This document shows, piece by piece, positions 18,118 through 28,556 of a stretch of 64,000 nt of DNA; positions within the stretch are counted from its first letter, which is position 1, and every line of letters begins with the position of its first letter. Source of the stretch: an uncultured Verrucomicrobiae bacterium (lineage in GTDB: Bacteria > Verrucomicrobiota > Verrucomicrobiia > Chthoniobacterales > JAATET01); assembly GCA_963749035.1 (NCBI GenBank), contig CAVVKW010000004.1, positions 1,657,966 through 1,721,965 of the forward strand, given 5' to 3'. The position numbers and the translations under genes are program-made. Below the pieces are notes generated by a model. It made no database searches. It was not told where the DNA came from and saw nothing but the letters and a program-made list of their open reading frames with translations.

Positions 18118-19947
18118 ATGACACCGCCCGTTCCCGATCCGAATACGCCGTCAGCCAAATCGCCGACGGGAAAGCCAGACAGCTCGCGGATCGACGTCAA
18201 GAAGCTGAAGCAATCTCATCCCAGGGTCCTCCTCACCGAAGATAAATTGGAAGAACTCCGCGGGAAAGTTCGGGACGACGAGCTTTTCCAGGAACTGTAT
18301 CGAGCGTTCTACGCCGAAGCGGTCAAGGTCCTGAATCGTCAGCCCGTCACCTACAAAAAGGACGGTCGGCGTCTGAACGCCGTCTGCCAAAGGTGCGCCG
18401 GACGCGTGATCTTACTTGGCCTCACCTACCTACTCTCCGACGAGCCTCGCTTCCTGAAACGAGCCGAACAAGAGATGCTTGCGGGGGCTGCGTTCCCGGA
18501 TTGGAATCCGAGCCATTACCTCGATACGGGAGAGATGACGGCCGCGCTGGGGATCGGGATCGACTGGTTGTTTAATGACCTCAACCCGGACTCTCGGGAG
18601 ATCATCGCCGAAGCGATCGACACGAAGGGACTCCGCACGCTCTACCTCGAAGACGGGTCCGAGCGGCCGGTCATGTTTAGCAATTGGATTCAAGTCTGCC
18701 TGGGCGGACTAGCCATCGGAGCCCTCGCGATCGCCGAGCGGGACCCGGCGTTCGCCGAGAAGATCATCAACATCGCCGTTGACCGTTCGTCAGATCTCGT
18801 TCGGGCGTGGTATACGCCCGAAGGTGCTTACGCGGAAGGTCCGACCTACTGGGATTACGGGACCTCCTACCACGTTTTGCTCATGGCAGGAGTGATCTCC
18901 GCCTTTGGCAGCGACTTTGGCATGGGTTCGGTGCCGGGGCTGAAGGAATCTTCGCTTTACCGGGTTGCCGCCTGCGCTCCAAGCGGTCGACTCTACAACT
19001 ACAGCGACTCCGATGAATACGGAGACACGCATCCGATTCAGTTCTGGTTCGCCTCTCACTTCGACCAAATGGGCGTCGTGAGCGAAGAAGACCTCCGGAA
19101 AACGATTCAGACTTACGATCCTGACAATCTGAATTCACGTTTTGCCCCCCTCGCTTTGATCTGGCTGAACCGCGAGACGCTCGGGGGATCCCTGCCGGAC
19201 CAAATGCTCAATTTCACCAGCGGCGGAAAGATTCCGGTCGGCATGTTCCGGTCGGCTTGGAACGATCCCGCAGCACTGTTCCTTGGCACCGTCGCTGGGA
19301 AGGGCAACGTGCCCCACGGCCACTTGGACGCCGGATCGTGGTTGCTTGAATGGGACGGGGTTCGCTGGGCGATGGATCTGGGGCGCGTCGACTATCACGA
19401 ATTCGAGTCCCGGAAGATCAACATCTGGGACACTCGGCCGGAGGGGGCTCGCTGGACCGTCTTCCACTTCGCTAATTTCGGTCACAACACGCTGACGGCT
19501 AACGATGCCCTCCACGACGCCAAGGGCGAATCCATCATCACGGAATTCACCGCCATACCCGGTTTCCGGAACGTGAGCTTGGACCTGACCCCTTGCTTTC
19601 CCGACACGATGGAGAAGGTCACTCGGAGGTTTTCGATCAAGGGTGACGACGAGATCACGATCGAAGATGACTGGACCGGAACGGCAGCGCTGAAAAAATT
19701 GACCTGGCGGATGTTCACGTCGACCCGGATCGACTTGGATCGTGGAAAGGCCCATCTTTTCGCCGACGGCAAACGGCTGCTCATGGAAATCCTGCACCCG
19801 GTCGGCACGGTCTTCACGGCGCGCCCGGCTGCCGAGATGCTCGCTGAGCATGACGTCGCGCTACCAGGCATCCAGGCCCTCGAGATCGACCTGAAGGAGT
19901 CGCGGGGCAACCTCGTGATCCGGATCAGTGCGCCCGTCGCCGAATGA
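18118..19947 (+). CDS. heparinase II/III-like protein (alpha/alpha toroid + beta-sandwich lyase fold), no signal peptide
   Basis: 609 aa. It carries FPDWNPSHYLDTGEMTAALGIGIDW, HGHLDAGSWLLEWDGVRWAMDLG and FGHNTLTAND. An in-frame TAG (18115-18117) directly upstream of the ATG excludes an N-terminal extension. Confidence 0.8.
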   Translation: MTPPVPDPNTPSAKSPTGKPDSSRIDVKKLKQSHPRVLLTEDKLEELRGKVRDDELFQELYRAFYAEAVKVLNRQPVTYKKDGRRLNAVCQRCAGRVILLGLTYLLSDEPRFLKRAEQEMLAGAAFPDWNPSHYLDTGEMTAALGIGIDWLFNDLNPDSREIIAEAIDTKGLRTLYLEDGSERPVMFSNWIQVCLGGLAIGALAIAERDPAFAEKIINIAVDRSSDLVRAWYTPEGAYAEGPTYWDYGTSYHVLLMAGVISAFGSDFGMGSVPGLKESSLYRVAACAPSGRLYNYSDSDEYGDTHPIQFWFASHFDQMGVVSEEDLRKTIQTYDPDNLNSRFAPLALIWLNRETLGGSLPDQMLNFTSGGKIPVGMFRSAWNDPAALFLGTVAGKGNVPHGHLDAGSWLLEWDGVRWAMDLGRVDYHEFESRKINIWDTRPEGARWTVFHFANFGHNTLTANDALHDAKGESIITEFTAIPGFRNVSLDLTPCFPDTMEKVTRRFSIKGDDEITIEDDWTGTAALKKLTWRMFTSTRIDLDRGKAHLFADGKRLLMEILHPVGTVFTARPAAEMLAEHDVALPGIQALEIDLKESRGNLVIRISAPVAE

Positions 19948-20105
19948 GAATCGACTCGATCGGATGGGATCGGCTTCAATGGCCGATCGATCCGCATCGG
20001 GATACTAGGCCGAGTTCGGCGAAAAATTCCGAACGGACGGTGACCCGACCTTAACGCCCGATAGTTCCAAGCCGGGAAGGCTCCCGCTATCCAACCCTCT
20101 TTCCT

Positions 20106-21986
20106 ATGCCCCGTCATCTCCGTTTCCTTACGCTCAGAACGTCAATCCCAGCCATCGCCGCCGGAGCCCTTTTCGCCGCTTCAGGCTTCGCCGCTGACAC
20201 GATCAAGCCACCCGTCACTCCGATCGACATGAAGTCGATTCGGAAGAACCACCCGCGAGTGTTATTGACTCCCGAAAAGCTGGAATCGCTGCGCGCAAAG
20301 TTGCGGGACGACTCGGACTACCAGCGAGTCTTCCAGGGTTTTTACACCGCCGCCGAGGAGATCCTCGAACTTCCACCCCTGACTTACCAAAAGGAAGGAC
20401 GCCGGTTGCTGCAAGTTGCGCAAAGGTGCGAAGGCCGGATCATCCTCCTGAGCCTCGTTTATCTTCTATCGGAGGAGCCCCGCTTCCTCGAGCGGGCGGA
20501 GGCCGAACTCCTCTCAGCCGCCGCCTTCCCCGACTGGAATCCTGACCATTACCTCGACACCGGGGAACTGACCGCCGCTCTCGGGATCGGTTTTGATTGG
20601 CTCCACTCCGACCTTTCACCGGAAGCCAGGGAAACCATCGCTACCGCAATCTACGAGAAGGGTCTGCGAACGATCTATCTGGAGGACGGCACCGAAAGGT
20701 CGGTCATGTTCAGCAACTGGCGACAGGTCTGCTACGGAGGACTCGCGATCGGCGCTCTCGCAATCGCAGAACGCGATCCGGAATTGGCCCAGAAGATCTG
20801 CACGATCGCGGTCGAACGAATGGCCGAGATCGTCGAAGGCTGGTATGGACCGCAAGGGGCCTACGTCGAGGGGCCTGGCTACTGGAGCTACGGGACGACC
20901 TACCAAGCGCTTCTCATCGAGGCTCTCCACTCGGCTCTCGGGTCAGACTACGGATTGGACGCGGTCCCGGGCTTCGAAGAGTCCGCATTCTACCGGGTCG
21001 TCGCGACGGGTCCGACCGGCTTGCTGTTCAACTACAGCGATTGCGACCCGGAAGGCGGCACTGATCCGATCCAGTATTGGTTCGCCGCGCACTACGAAAT
21101 TCCCGGCATCGTTCAGTCCGAGGACCTCGATGCTTTGATCAGCGACTTCGATCCAAATTACCGCAGAGACCGCTTTTCTCCGCTGGTCCTCCTTTGGTTG
21201 GACCACGATCTTTTGGGCGAAGACCTGCCGGACGAGCTTCTTAGCTACCACGACCTAGGCTCGAAGCCGGTCGGCATCTTTCGATCGTCCTGGAACGATC
21301 CAGACGCGCTGTATCTCGGTGTCGTCGGCGGAAAGGGAGATATCGCTCACGGCCACCTCGACGCGGGGTCCTGGGTGCTGGATTGGGGCGGCGTCCGCTG
21401 GGCCATGGAGCTCGGCCGGGTAAATTACAACGACTACGAATCCAGAAAGATCAACCTTTGGGACACCAGCCCGGACGGGTCCCGTTGGCAAATTTTCCAC
21501 TACTCAAACCTCGGACACAACACGCTCACGGCCAACAACGCCCTCCACGATGCCGCCGGCGAAGCCACGATCACTGAGTTCACGCCTGGCTCACTTCGTA
21601 GCATGACGCTCGATCTGACTCCGTGCTTCCCCGACAGCATGGAGACGGTGAGTCGAAAGTTCACCGTCGACGACAACGCGGAGATCATCATTCGTGACGA
21701 GTGGACCGCTCACACCACCCTCCAATCCCTGACTTGGCGGATGTTCACGCGAACCCACGTCTCGGTTGACCAACGGACCGCCACTCTTTCGGCGGACGGT
21801 AAACGCCTCCATCTGGAAATCATCCAACCGACCGGCGCCGTGTTCACCACGCGCCCAGCCAACGAGCTACTGCAGGACCTGGATACACCCATTCCGGGCG
21901 TCCAGGTTGTGGAAGTCCACCTCGAGAAGCCCAGCGGCTTCCTCGAGGTGCGGATCTCCGCTCCGGTCGACGGACCCGAGCCTTAG
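20106..21986 (+). CDS. heparinase II/III-like protein, secreted paralog of 18118-19947
   Basis: 626 aa and collinear with the upstream gene along its whole length (FPDWNPDHYLDTGELTAALGIGFDW, HGHLDAGSWVLDWGGVRWAMELG, LGHNTLTANN). It has the signal peptide MPRHLRFLTLRTSIPAIAAGALFAASGFA. Confidence 0.8.
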   Translation: MPRHLRFLTLRTSIPAIAAGALFAASGFAADTIKPPVTPIDMKSIRKNHPRVLLTPEKLESLRAKLRDDSDYQRVFQGFYTAAEEILELPPLTYQKEGRRLLQVAQRCEGRIILLSLVYLLSEEPRFLERAEAELLSAAAFPDWNPDHYLDTGELTAALGIGFDWLHSDLSPEARETIATAIYEKGLRTIYLEDGTERSVMFSNWRQVCYGGLAIGALAIAERDPELAQKICTIAVERMAEIVEGWYGPQGAYVEGPGYWSYGTTYQALLIEALHSALGSDYGLDAVPGFEESAFYRVVATGPTGLLFNYSDCDPEGGTDPIQYWFAAHYEIPGIVQSEDLDALISDFDPNYRRDRFSPLVLLWLDHDLLGEDLPDELLSYHDLGSKPVGIFRSSWNDPDALYLGVVGGKGDIAHGHLDAGSWVLDWGGVRWAMELGRVNYNDYESRKINLWDTSPDGSRWQIFHYSNLGHNTLTANNALHDAAGEATITEFTPGSLRSMTLDLTPCFPDSMETVSRKFTVDDNAEIIIRDEWTAHTTLQSLTWRMFTRTHVSVDQRTATLSADGKRLHLEIIQPTGAVFTTRPANELLQDLDTPIPGVQVVEVHLEKPSGFLEVRISAPVDGPEP

Positions 21987-22004
21987 CAGCTCGGGTCCTT
22001 CGGC

Positions 22005-25000
22005 TCAATTGACGTTGACCTGGAAGTCGACCGTGTCTTCGAACGAATCGCCTGACTTCAACTTCAGGTCGGGGATCAGGTTCGCTCCCCGAGTCGCCCC
22101 GCGATTGTGCATCGCACTGAGGACGCGGATGACGTCGCCATCCACCCACGGCCGCACCGCCAAGCTCCCCTCGGAGTCGATCACGAGAGCGGCCGTTGGG
22201 CTCTGCATCGAAGCCAGGATCACGTTGCGCTTGGTGGATCGGAAGTCCCGCGTCCCCTGCTCATTCTCGTCCAGCATCCAGGGCCAGCTCGGCTTGGTCC
22301 AGAAGTCGACGTCCGGCCACTTCTGCTTGTCGCGGAAGGCCGTTGCGGTTCCCACGGTCCGGCCGATGTGATCTTCGGGGTAGTCGGTCCACTCCCCGTC
22401 ACGCTGCCAGTTGACCGTGTCGAACGCCGGATCGAGATCGAACACCACGCCGAGCTGTCTCGGAGTGATCTCGATCTTCGAAGCGAAATCATAGGTTACC
22501 GCGACGCGGCCATCGTCCTTGAAGTTCAGGACGTAGTTGCCCTGCGCCTCATCGTAACTGCCGGTGACTGTAACCGAGACTCCGTTCGAACTATCGAGCA
22601 CCACGCTTTCGCATTTCCAATTTTTGTAGAACCCGTCCTGTGGAACGAAGCGGGTCGTAGCCATGTATTCCTTTTTGTTCCGCTGGTTCTTCATCTTCCT
22701 GGTCTCGACGGTCAGACCCCAGATGTGAGGACCATTGACGACCATTTTCTGGCCACCCACCGTGGACGAGACCATCCCGCTCGTTTTGTCGATCTGCCAC
22801 TCCACGGGGCCACTGGAAACAACGATTTTGTCACCCTGTTCCGACGCGCTGACGGGTCCTGAGATCGGTTGATACGGCGCCGGGGCGACCGGTTGCTCGC
22901 CGATGGCCAGCTTGTAGCTGTCGATGAGACTTCCGTCTGCCGACTCGATTTTCAGTTCGAGGACTCCGCTCTCCGGCTGATTACTCGGCTGAATGGACAG
23001 CTTGCCCTTCTGACCCGGAGCAACGTCGACATCGACGGTGCCCGTCTCGTCGCCCAATTTCCACGTGATCTTGGTCTCGTTCAGATTCGAGAAAAGGAAC
23101 CGGTTCTCCACCGGGATGGAAAGGGCTCCATCGGCAAATTCGACCGCCTGTTCGCGAATGACGACCGGGGTGTATACCTTCTTGACGTTCCAATACTCGG
23201 CTTTTGGTCGTCGCCATTCGTCGACCAATCCCCACGCCGCAATGCCGGCGAGCGTCTCGTCCGGCATGTGAACCTGCTCGTCGATGCCGCACCAAATGGC
23301 ACCACCCAGCGCGCCGGGGCTGTTAGCGATCACTTCCCAAGCTTTCTTGATCTCCATTCCCCAGAAATCACTGACGCCGGGATCGGTGATAACCTCCTGC
23401 GGATTTCTGATGTAAGCGCCCGGAGTTAGGCGAAGCTCGCCGGCGTAAACGGGAACCGGGGACTTCTTGGCCTCCTGCAAGACGCTAACGTGAGGATAGT
23501 GAACCTCGTGAATGCTGAAAGCCGGATTGTGGCCACCCTCCTGCCATGAAAACGTGGTGACTCGGGTCGGATCCACTTCCAAAACGCGCCGCGACGCTTC
23601 CTCGAAGGCCGGATCGATCGCGGACTCATTCGCCATCGACCACATGATGACCGAAGGACTACTCCGGTCGCGCTCCACCATCTCCAGGATCGGAAACACG
23701 ATTTTCGCGTGTTCGCCCTCGGGATAGAACGCATCGTTGTCCTCACCCATCGCGGATTCACTGTCGATGAAGTCCAGATCGGGCAAATTCATCTCGTTCT
23801 TCGTTTTGTTCGATTCCTTCAGCGCCTTGCCGACGTTCATGAAACAAAACGGCCCCTCTTCCGTGACGAAGATGCCGAGCTCATCGCAGGCTGCGATGAA
23901 TTCCTCCGAGGGCGGATAATGGGCCGTCCGGACGTGATTAATGTTCGCTTCCTTGAAGATCTCCGCGTCTCGCCGGGCTTGCTCCGGGGTGATGGACCGC
24001 GCCGTCAGCGGATCGGATTCGTGGCGGTTCGTCCCGCGCAGTTTGATCGGCTGGTTGTTGACGAAAACCTCATTGCCCCGCATTTCGACTTCGCGAAATC
24101 CGATGCGCCGTTCGTAAGTCGCCGTTTTGAGCCCATCACCCGAGATGGTCGCCGTCAGCGTGTAGAGGTTCGGGCGCTCGGTGTCCCACTTGGCGGGTGC
24201 GGCAACCTGGAATTCGAAATCCTGCTCTAACTGTTCGTTGACACCCGGTACCTCGAGGGGCCGAGTCGCATCGGCGAGCGCGACGGCTTTGCCCGAAGCG
24301 TCTTTCAAAGCAAACTGGACCTTGGCGTTGGACACCTTGGCGGCTGCACCGTCGAGGCTGACCTTCGTGCGGACCTTCAAGGTTGCGTCCTGGTAGTTTT
24401 CGTCAAAATCCGTCTCCGCGTGAAAGGACGAGAACGTCAGATCCGGCGTCGGGTAAAGATACAACTTCCGGGTGATTCCAGTCAGATCAACCTTCGCGTA
24501 GGCGGATGCGCTGGCGAGTTGATCGGAGATATGCTTCCGGGGGAGCGCGATGACGATCGAGTTTTCCTCGCCAAACTTAATCGCGTCGGTGACGTCCAGT
24601 TCGAACGAAGTGAACCCGGAGGCGTGGCGACCAGCCGCCTGCCCATTGATCCAGATTGTCGGCCCGGCGAAGACGCCATCACAGCGCAGCTTCACCCGCA
24701 TTCCTTCCCAGGATGCGGGAACTTCAAACGTGCGGTAACACGCTGCCGGATCCGCCCCCGGAGCGGGCAATTTCTGCATTTCAAGGATGCCCGGGACTTC
24801 GTAGTCACTCCATCCGTCACCGCTGACCTCCATGTTCGTCCAGAAATCCTTGCTGGGCTTGGAGTCGTATTTCCAAGTTCCGTTCAGATCGACCCGGATA
24901 TCCGGGATGGATTCGATCTGCTCTGGGACGGGTGAGATCCGCGGATAGGGAACCTGATTGTCTTGCGCGCAGAGCGCGCCGGCAATGCTGAGGGCACCAA

Positions 25001-25034
25001 CGAGGGCCAAATTTTTCAATGGGGACGACTTCAT
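22005..25034 (-). CDS. secreted GH2 glycoside hydrolase (beta-galactosidase-like)
   Basis: 1009 aa. The signal peptide is MKSSPLKNLALVGALSIAGALCAQ. It carries RGTNRHESDP, VRTAHYPPSEEFIAACDELGIFVTEE and MWSMANES (acid/base). Confidence 0.88.
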   Translation of the reverse strand: MKSSPLKNLALVGALSIAGALCAQDNQVPYPRISPVPEQIESIPDIRVDLNGTWKYDSKPSKDFWTNMEVSGDGWSDYEVPGILEMQKLPAPGADPAACYRTFEVPASWEGMRVKLRCDGVFAGPTIWINGQAAGRHASGFTSFELDVTDAIKFGEENSIVIALPRKHISDQLASASAYAKVDLTGITRKLYLYPTPDLTFSSFHAETDFDENYQDATLKVRTKVSLDGAAAKVSNAKVQFALKDASGKAVALADATRPLEVPGVNEQLEQDFEFQVAAPAKWDTERPNLYTLTATISGDGLKTATYERRIGFREVEMRGNEVFVNNQPIKLRGTNRHESDPLTARSITPEQARRDAEIFKEANINHVRTAHYPPSEEFIAACDELGIFVTEEGPFCFMNVGKALKESNKTKNEMNLPDLDFIDSESAMGEDNDAFYPEGEHAKIVFPILEMVERDRSSPSVIMWSMANESAIDPAFEEASRRVLEVDPTRVTTFSWQEGGHNPAFSIHEVHYPHVSVLQEAKKSPVPVYAGELRLTPGAYIRNPQEVITDPGVSDFWGMEIKKAWEVIANSPGALGGAIWCGIDEQVHMPDETLAGIAAWGLVDEWRRPKAEYWNVKKVYTPVVIREQAVEFADGALSIPVENRFLFSNLNETKITWKLGDETGTVDVDVAPGQKGKLSIQPSNQPESGVLELKIESADGSLIDSYKLAIGEQPVAPAPYQPISGPVSASEQGDKIVVSSGPVEWQIDKTSGMVSSTVGGQKMVVNGPHIWGLTVETRKMKNQRNKKEYMATTRFVPQDGFYKNWKCESVVLDSSNGVSVTVTGSYDEAQGNYVLNFKDDGRVAVTYDFASKIEITPRQLGVVFDLDPAFDTVNWQRDGEWTDYPEDHIGRTVGTATAFRDKQKWPDVDFWTKPSWPWMLDENEQGTRDFRSTKRNVILASMQSPTAALVIDSEGSLAVRPWVDGDVIRVLSAMHNRGATRGANLIPDLKLKSGDSFEDTVDFQVNVN

Positions 25035-25128
25035 GGGGGTTATTATTAGGTTGAGATGGGACTTTGAAAAGTTCTGCCGATGGGGGGTTGTGGTGTCGAA
25101 AATTGAGCGGGGGACTGCTTGATCGATC

Positions 25129-27471
25129 TCAAAACTTGCGGGCCTCGTCCGGAGTCATGGTCACGACGGACTCCAAGCGGACATCCTCGCTGGAGGCACC
25201 GAGCATCAATTTGAAGTCGCCGGGCTCGATGACGCTCCGCAGGTCCTGGTCCAGCATCGCAAACGCCGAGCGGGCCAGCACAAGCTCCACGTTGCGCGTT
25301 TCGCCGGATCGTAACGAGACTCGCTGGAAGGCTTTGAGCTCCTTCAGCGGGCGAGCCAGGGACGCGAATTCGTCATGCACGTAAAGCTGGACCACTTCGG
25401 TTCCATCCACGTCACCGGTATTGGTCAGTTCGAACGAGACTCGAACCATCTCGTCGGCGCTCGCCAGTGTCTTCTCAACCTTCAACGACTCGTAACCAAA
25501 GGTCGTGTAGCTCAGGCCATGGCCGAAGGGAAATTGAAACGTTCGACCGCGCAGATCACAATAACCGTAGGTCCGGCCCGAAGGCTTCATGTTGTAGTAA
25601 ACCGGGCATTGCCCCGTGTAGATGGGGAATGACACGGGCAACTTGCCGGATGGGCAGGTCTTTCCGAAAAGGATCTCGCCGATCGCGTTTCCGCCTTCCT
25701 CTCCGTTATACCAGCATTCGACGACCGCTTTCACCTTGTGAACCCAGCGCTCCATGGTCACCGGTCCTCCGTTGATGAGCAGCACGATGACGTTGGGATT
25801 GACCGCAGCGACGGCTTCAATCAGCTCTTCCTGCACTCCCGGCAGGTCGATGCTGCAACGGTCTTCCGACTCGCCCTCAGTCTGATTCCGATCGCCGGAA
25901 ATATTTCCAACGCAGAGCACCGCCACGTCAGCCTCTTTCGCCGATTTCACCGCTTCCGGGATCCCGGAGCGGTCATCCTCAGTCGGCGGAAGGATTTCGC
26001 ACGAGGTGATCACCGTCTCGTTGTGCGAGACCCGCATGAAGTGATCCCCGTCCTCGACGCGGACGAACCGCCCGACCGTCGCGACTCCGCAACCTTCGGC
26101 GTGAGTCACCTCGACTCCTTCGCTGCAATGATTTCGAATTCCCTCCAACGGGCTCACCGTGTGCGGAATCTTCGCGCTGTATCCTCCGAGACGACCGGTG
26201 GCGGCATTGGGTCCGAGGACCGCAATTCGCTTCATTTCCGGTTTGAGAGGCAGGATGGCGTCGTCGTTTTTGAGAAGGGTGACCGCTTGTCGCGCCGTTT
26301 CGAGCGCGAGCTCTTTATTTGCGGGATCGTAGCAGACACCAGCTGCCTTCTGCGGGTCACGGTAGGGCTCTTCAAAGAGCCCAAGATCAAACTTGAGCCG
26401 CAGAATTCTTGCGACCGCCTCGTCCAGCACGTCCAGAGATAATTCGCCGGACTCGACGATCTCCTCCACTTTGCCGAAGCAGGCCGGAAACGGGTATTCC
26501 ATCTCCATGCCAGCCTCCAAAGCCTGACGCGCCGCGTCCCCGCGCGACGTTGCGGTCCGATGCTTGGTGAACATCTCGTTAATCGACGCGTAATCCGAAA
26601 CCACGATTCCGTGAAATCCCCATTCGTTGCGCAGAACGTCCGTGAGCAACCAACGATCGCCGCTTGAAGGGACCCCGTTGATCGATCCGTAAGCTCCCAT
26701 GATCGAAAGCGCGTCCGCCTCCCGGACACAGGCTTCAAAAACCGGGAAATAGACTTCACGCAGAATGCGCTCGGAAAAATGAACGGCGTGACTGTCACGC
26801 CCCCCGTCCCCAACGAAGTTGCAGGCAAAATGTTTGACCGTCGCCATGAGGTCGTGACTCTGGAAACCCTTGACGAAATTCACGGCGATTCGCGACGAGA
26901 GCCACGTGTCTTCGCCGTAGGTTTCCTCCACCCGCCCACAGCGGGCGTCTCGCGCGATGTTCACCGTCGGCGCTAATCCCTGATGAATGGCTCGTGAATG
27001 CGTTTCCTTTCCGATCGCGTCACCAACCTTCCAAGCGAGGTCTGGATTCCACGTCGAAGCCAACGCGATGGACTGCGGATAGCTGGTGGAATCGAGGCAC
27101 ACCAGGCCGTGCAGGATCTCGTCGTGGATGATGACCGGGATCCCCAAGCGCGTCTCCTCGAGCATGTATTTTTGCACCTCGTTCGCCTGCTCGACTCCTT
27201 CAGCCGGCGGAAGTGGCCGACAGAAGCAATTCAGCTGCCCCAGCCCGGCGTCCAACTCTGCCTTCATCTTATCAGGATCCAACTTGTCGTCGGTCCCCCG
27301 CAGCTGCATTCCGCCGAGCCCGATCAATTGCCGGGCCTTCTCTCGGACGGACATCCGTGAAATCAGGTCTCCGACCCGTTCCTCAGTCGGACGGGCGGCG
27401 TCTTTGTAAAGGGGCGTTTGCTCGGACGAGCGATTCGATACTGCGGATTCAGTAGATTCTGTGTTCATCAA
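25129..27471 (-). CDS. GH3 beta-glucosidase-like (BglX-type), no signal peptide
   Basis: 780 aa. It carries PTVNIARDARCGRVEETYGED, KHFACN and GIVVSDYASI (nucleophile Asp region), with a C-terminal Fn3-like domain. Confidence 0.88.
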   Translation of the reverse strand: MMNTESTESAVSNRSSEQTPLYKDAARPTEERVGDLISRMSVREKARQLIGLGGMQLRGTDDKLDPDKMKAELDAGLGQLNCFCRPLPPAEGVEQANEVQKYMLEETRLGIPVIIHDEILHGLVCLDSTSYPQSIALASTWNPDLAWKVGDAIGKETHSRAIHQGLAPTVNIARDARCGRVEETYGEDTWLSSRIAVNFVKGFQSHDLMATVKHFACNFVGDGGRDSHAVHFSERILREVYFPVFEACVREADALSIMGAYGSINGVPSSGDRWLLTDVLRNEWGFHGIVVSDYASINEMFTKHRTATSRGDAARQALEAGMEMEYPFPACFGKVEEIVESGELSLDVLDEAVARILRLKFDLGLFEEPYRDPQKAAGVCYDPANKELALETARQAVTLLKNDDAILPLKPEMKRIAVLGPNAATGRLGGYSAKIPHTVSPLEGIRNHCSEGVEVTHAEGCGVATVGRFVRVEDGDHFMRVSHNETVITSCEILPPTEDDRSGIPEAVKSAKEADVAVLCVGNISGDRNQTEGESEDRCSIDLPGVQEELIEAVAAVNPNVIVLLINGGPVTMERWVHKVKAVVECWYNGEEGGNAIGEILFGKTCPSGKLPVSFPIYTGQCPVYYNMKPSGRTYGYCDLRGRTFQFPFGHGLSYTTFGYESLKVEKTLASADEMVRVSFELTNTGDVDGTEVVQLYVHDEFASLARPLKELKAFQRVSLRSGETRNVELVLARSAFAMLDQDLRSVIEPGDFKLMLGASSEDVRLESVVTMTPDEARKF

Positions 27472-27481
27472 ATTGTTTTCG

Positions 27482-28540
27482 CTATCGGCCTGCGGCGACC
27501 AAGTCCGACAGCGGCCGCGACCAGACTGTATTCATCGGACCGTCAAACCAATCATTCACTCCGCCTCCGAAGACGTAAAGGTTGCCGTCGACGACCTTCG
27601 CTCCCGGCGACGCCAATTTCGCTGGCAAATCCGCCAGCCGTGTCCATTGATTGACCTTTGGGTCGTAGGAGTAGATCGAGTTTTGTGCCCGGGGATCCTG
27701 GCTGCTGTCGACTCCGCTCACCGAAATGATCCGTCCGTCATGAGCGAATGTCGCCCACTCGTGGTGCGACCGCGGCTCCGGCAACGCAGCGCAATCGCTC
27801 GTCCAGACATCAGTCGATGGATCATACACCTGCACCGTTGTCGTATCGCCCGTGTGCGCGTGAGCCACCTCTCCGCCAATGAGGAAGATCTTCCCATCCA
27901 CACTGACAGCCGCCGCGTGCACCCGGCCTTCAGGGACCGGCGCCGCATTCGTCCACCCGGCGTTCTCATCCGTCAGGTCCAAGACGAAATGGTGATCCTC
28001 GGCCTTGTGGCGCCCCTTGCCTCCGGACAGAACGTGCAGCTTGTCACCAACAACCACGGCGGGGCCAGCCCAATGAGGCTGCGGCAAGGAAGGTCCCTTT
28101 CGCCACGTTTTCGCCGCGAGATTAAAAACGTCGACCCAGTCCACGCCCGCATTCTTGGCACCCTCTTTTCCCCCACAAATCCAGATCTCCGGACCGTCGA
28201 TGCCGTTGTAAAGCGAAGCGCCGGCCGTGAAGTGATGCCGATAACGTCCCGCCGGCAGGGCACTTTCCTCGGTCCATCGGTCAGTCGCGGGATCGTAGGC
28301 TTCCACCTGTGTCGGCCCGGTCGTGTGATTACTGATCCCGCCGAGAACGTAAATCTTTCCATCATGACTGACGTTCGCGTGTTCGCCGCGTGGAAACAGC
28401 ATGTCAGCCTTCCGTTCCCAACCGGCACTTGCAGAACCAATGGTGACTCCCGAAAGAATCAGCAAAAGTGCCCTCCAGAGATGGCTCGGGCCGTTTAAAG
28501 CGGGAAAACGACCGGACAGAACTTGCGAAAAAAACGTCAT
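27482..28540 (-). CDS. secreted Kelch-repeat beta-propeller protein (NanM-like fold)
   Basis: The start at ATG 28540 gives a signal-like N-terminus (MTFFSQVLSGRFPALNGPSHLWRALLLILSGVTIGSASA). Repeats are DGKIYVLGG, DKLHVLSGG, DGKIFLIGGE and DGNLYVFGGG. The tracked N-terminal extension would overlap the sulfatase gene. Confidence 0.8.
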   Translation of the reverse strand: MTFFSQVLSGRFPALNGPSHLWRALLLILSGVTIGSASAGWERKADMLFPRGEHANVSHDGKIYVLGGISNHTTGPTQVEAYDPATDRWTEESALPAGRYRHHFTAGASLYNGIDGPEIWICGGKEGAKNAGVDWVDVFNLAAKTWRKGPSLPQPHWAGPAVVVGDKLHVLSGGKGRHKAEDHHFVLDLTDENAGWTNAAPVPEGRVHAAAVSVDGKIFLIGGEVAHAHTGDTTTVQVYDPSTDVWTSDCAALPEPRSHHEWATFAHDGRIISVSGVDSSQDPRAQNSIYSYDPKVNQWTRLADLPAKLASPGAKVVDGNLYVFGGGVNDWFDGPMNTVWSRPLSDLVAAGR

Positions 28541-28556
28541 TAACGATGAGCTTGTC

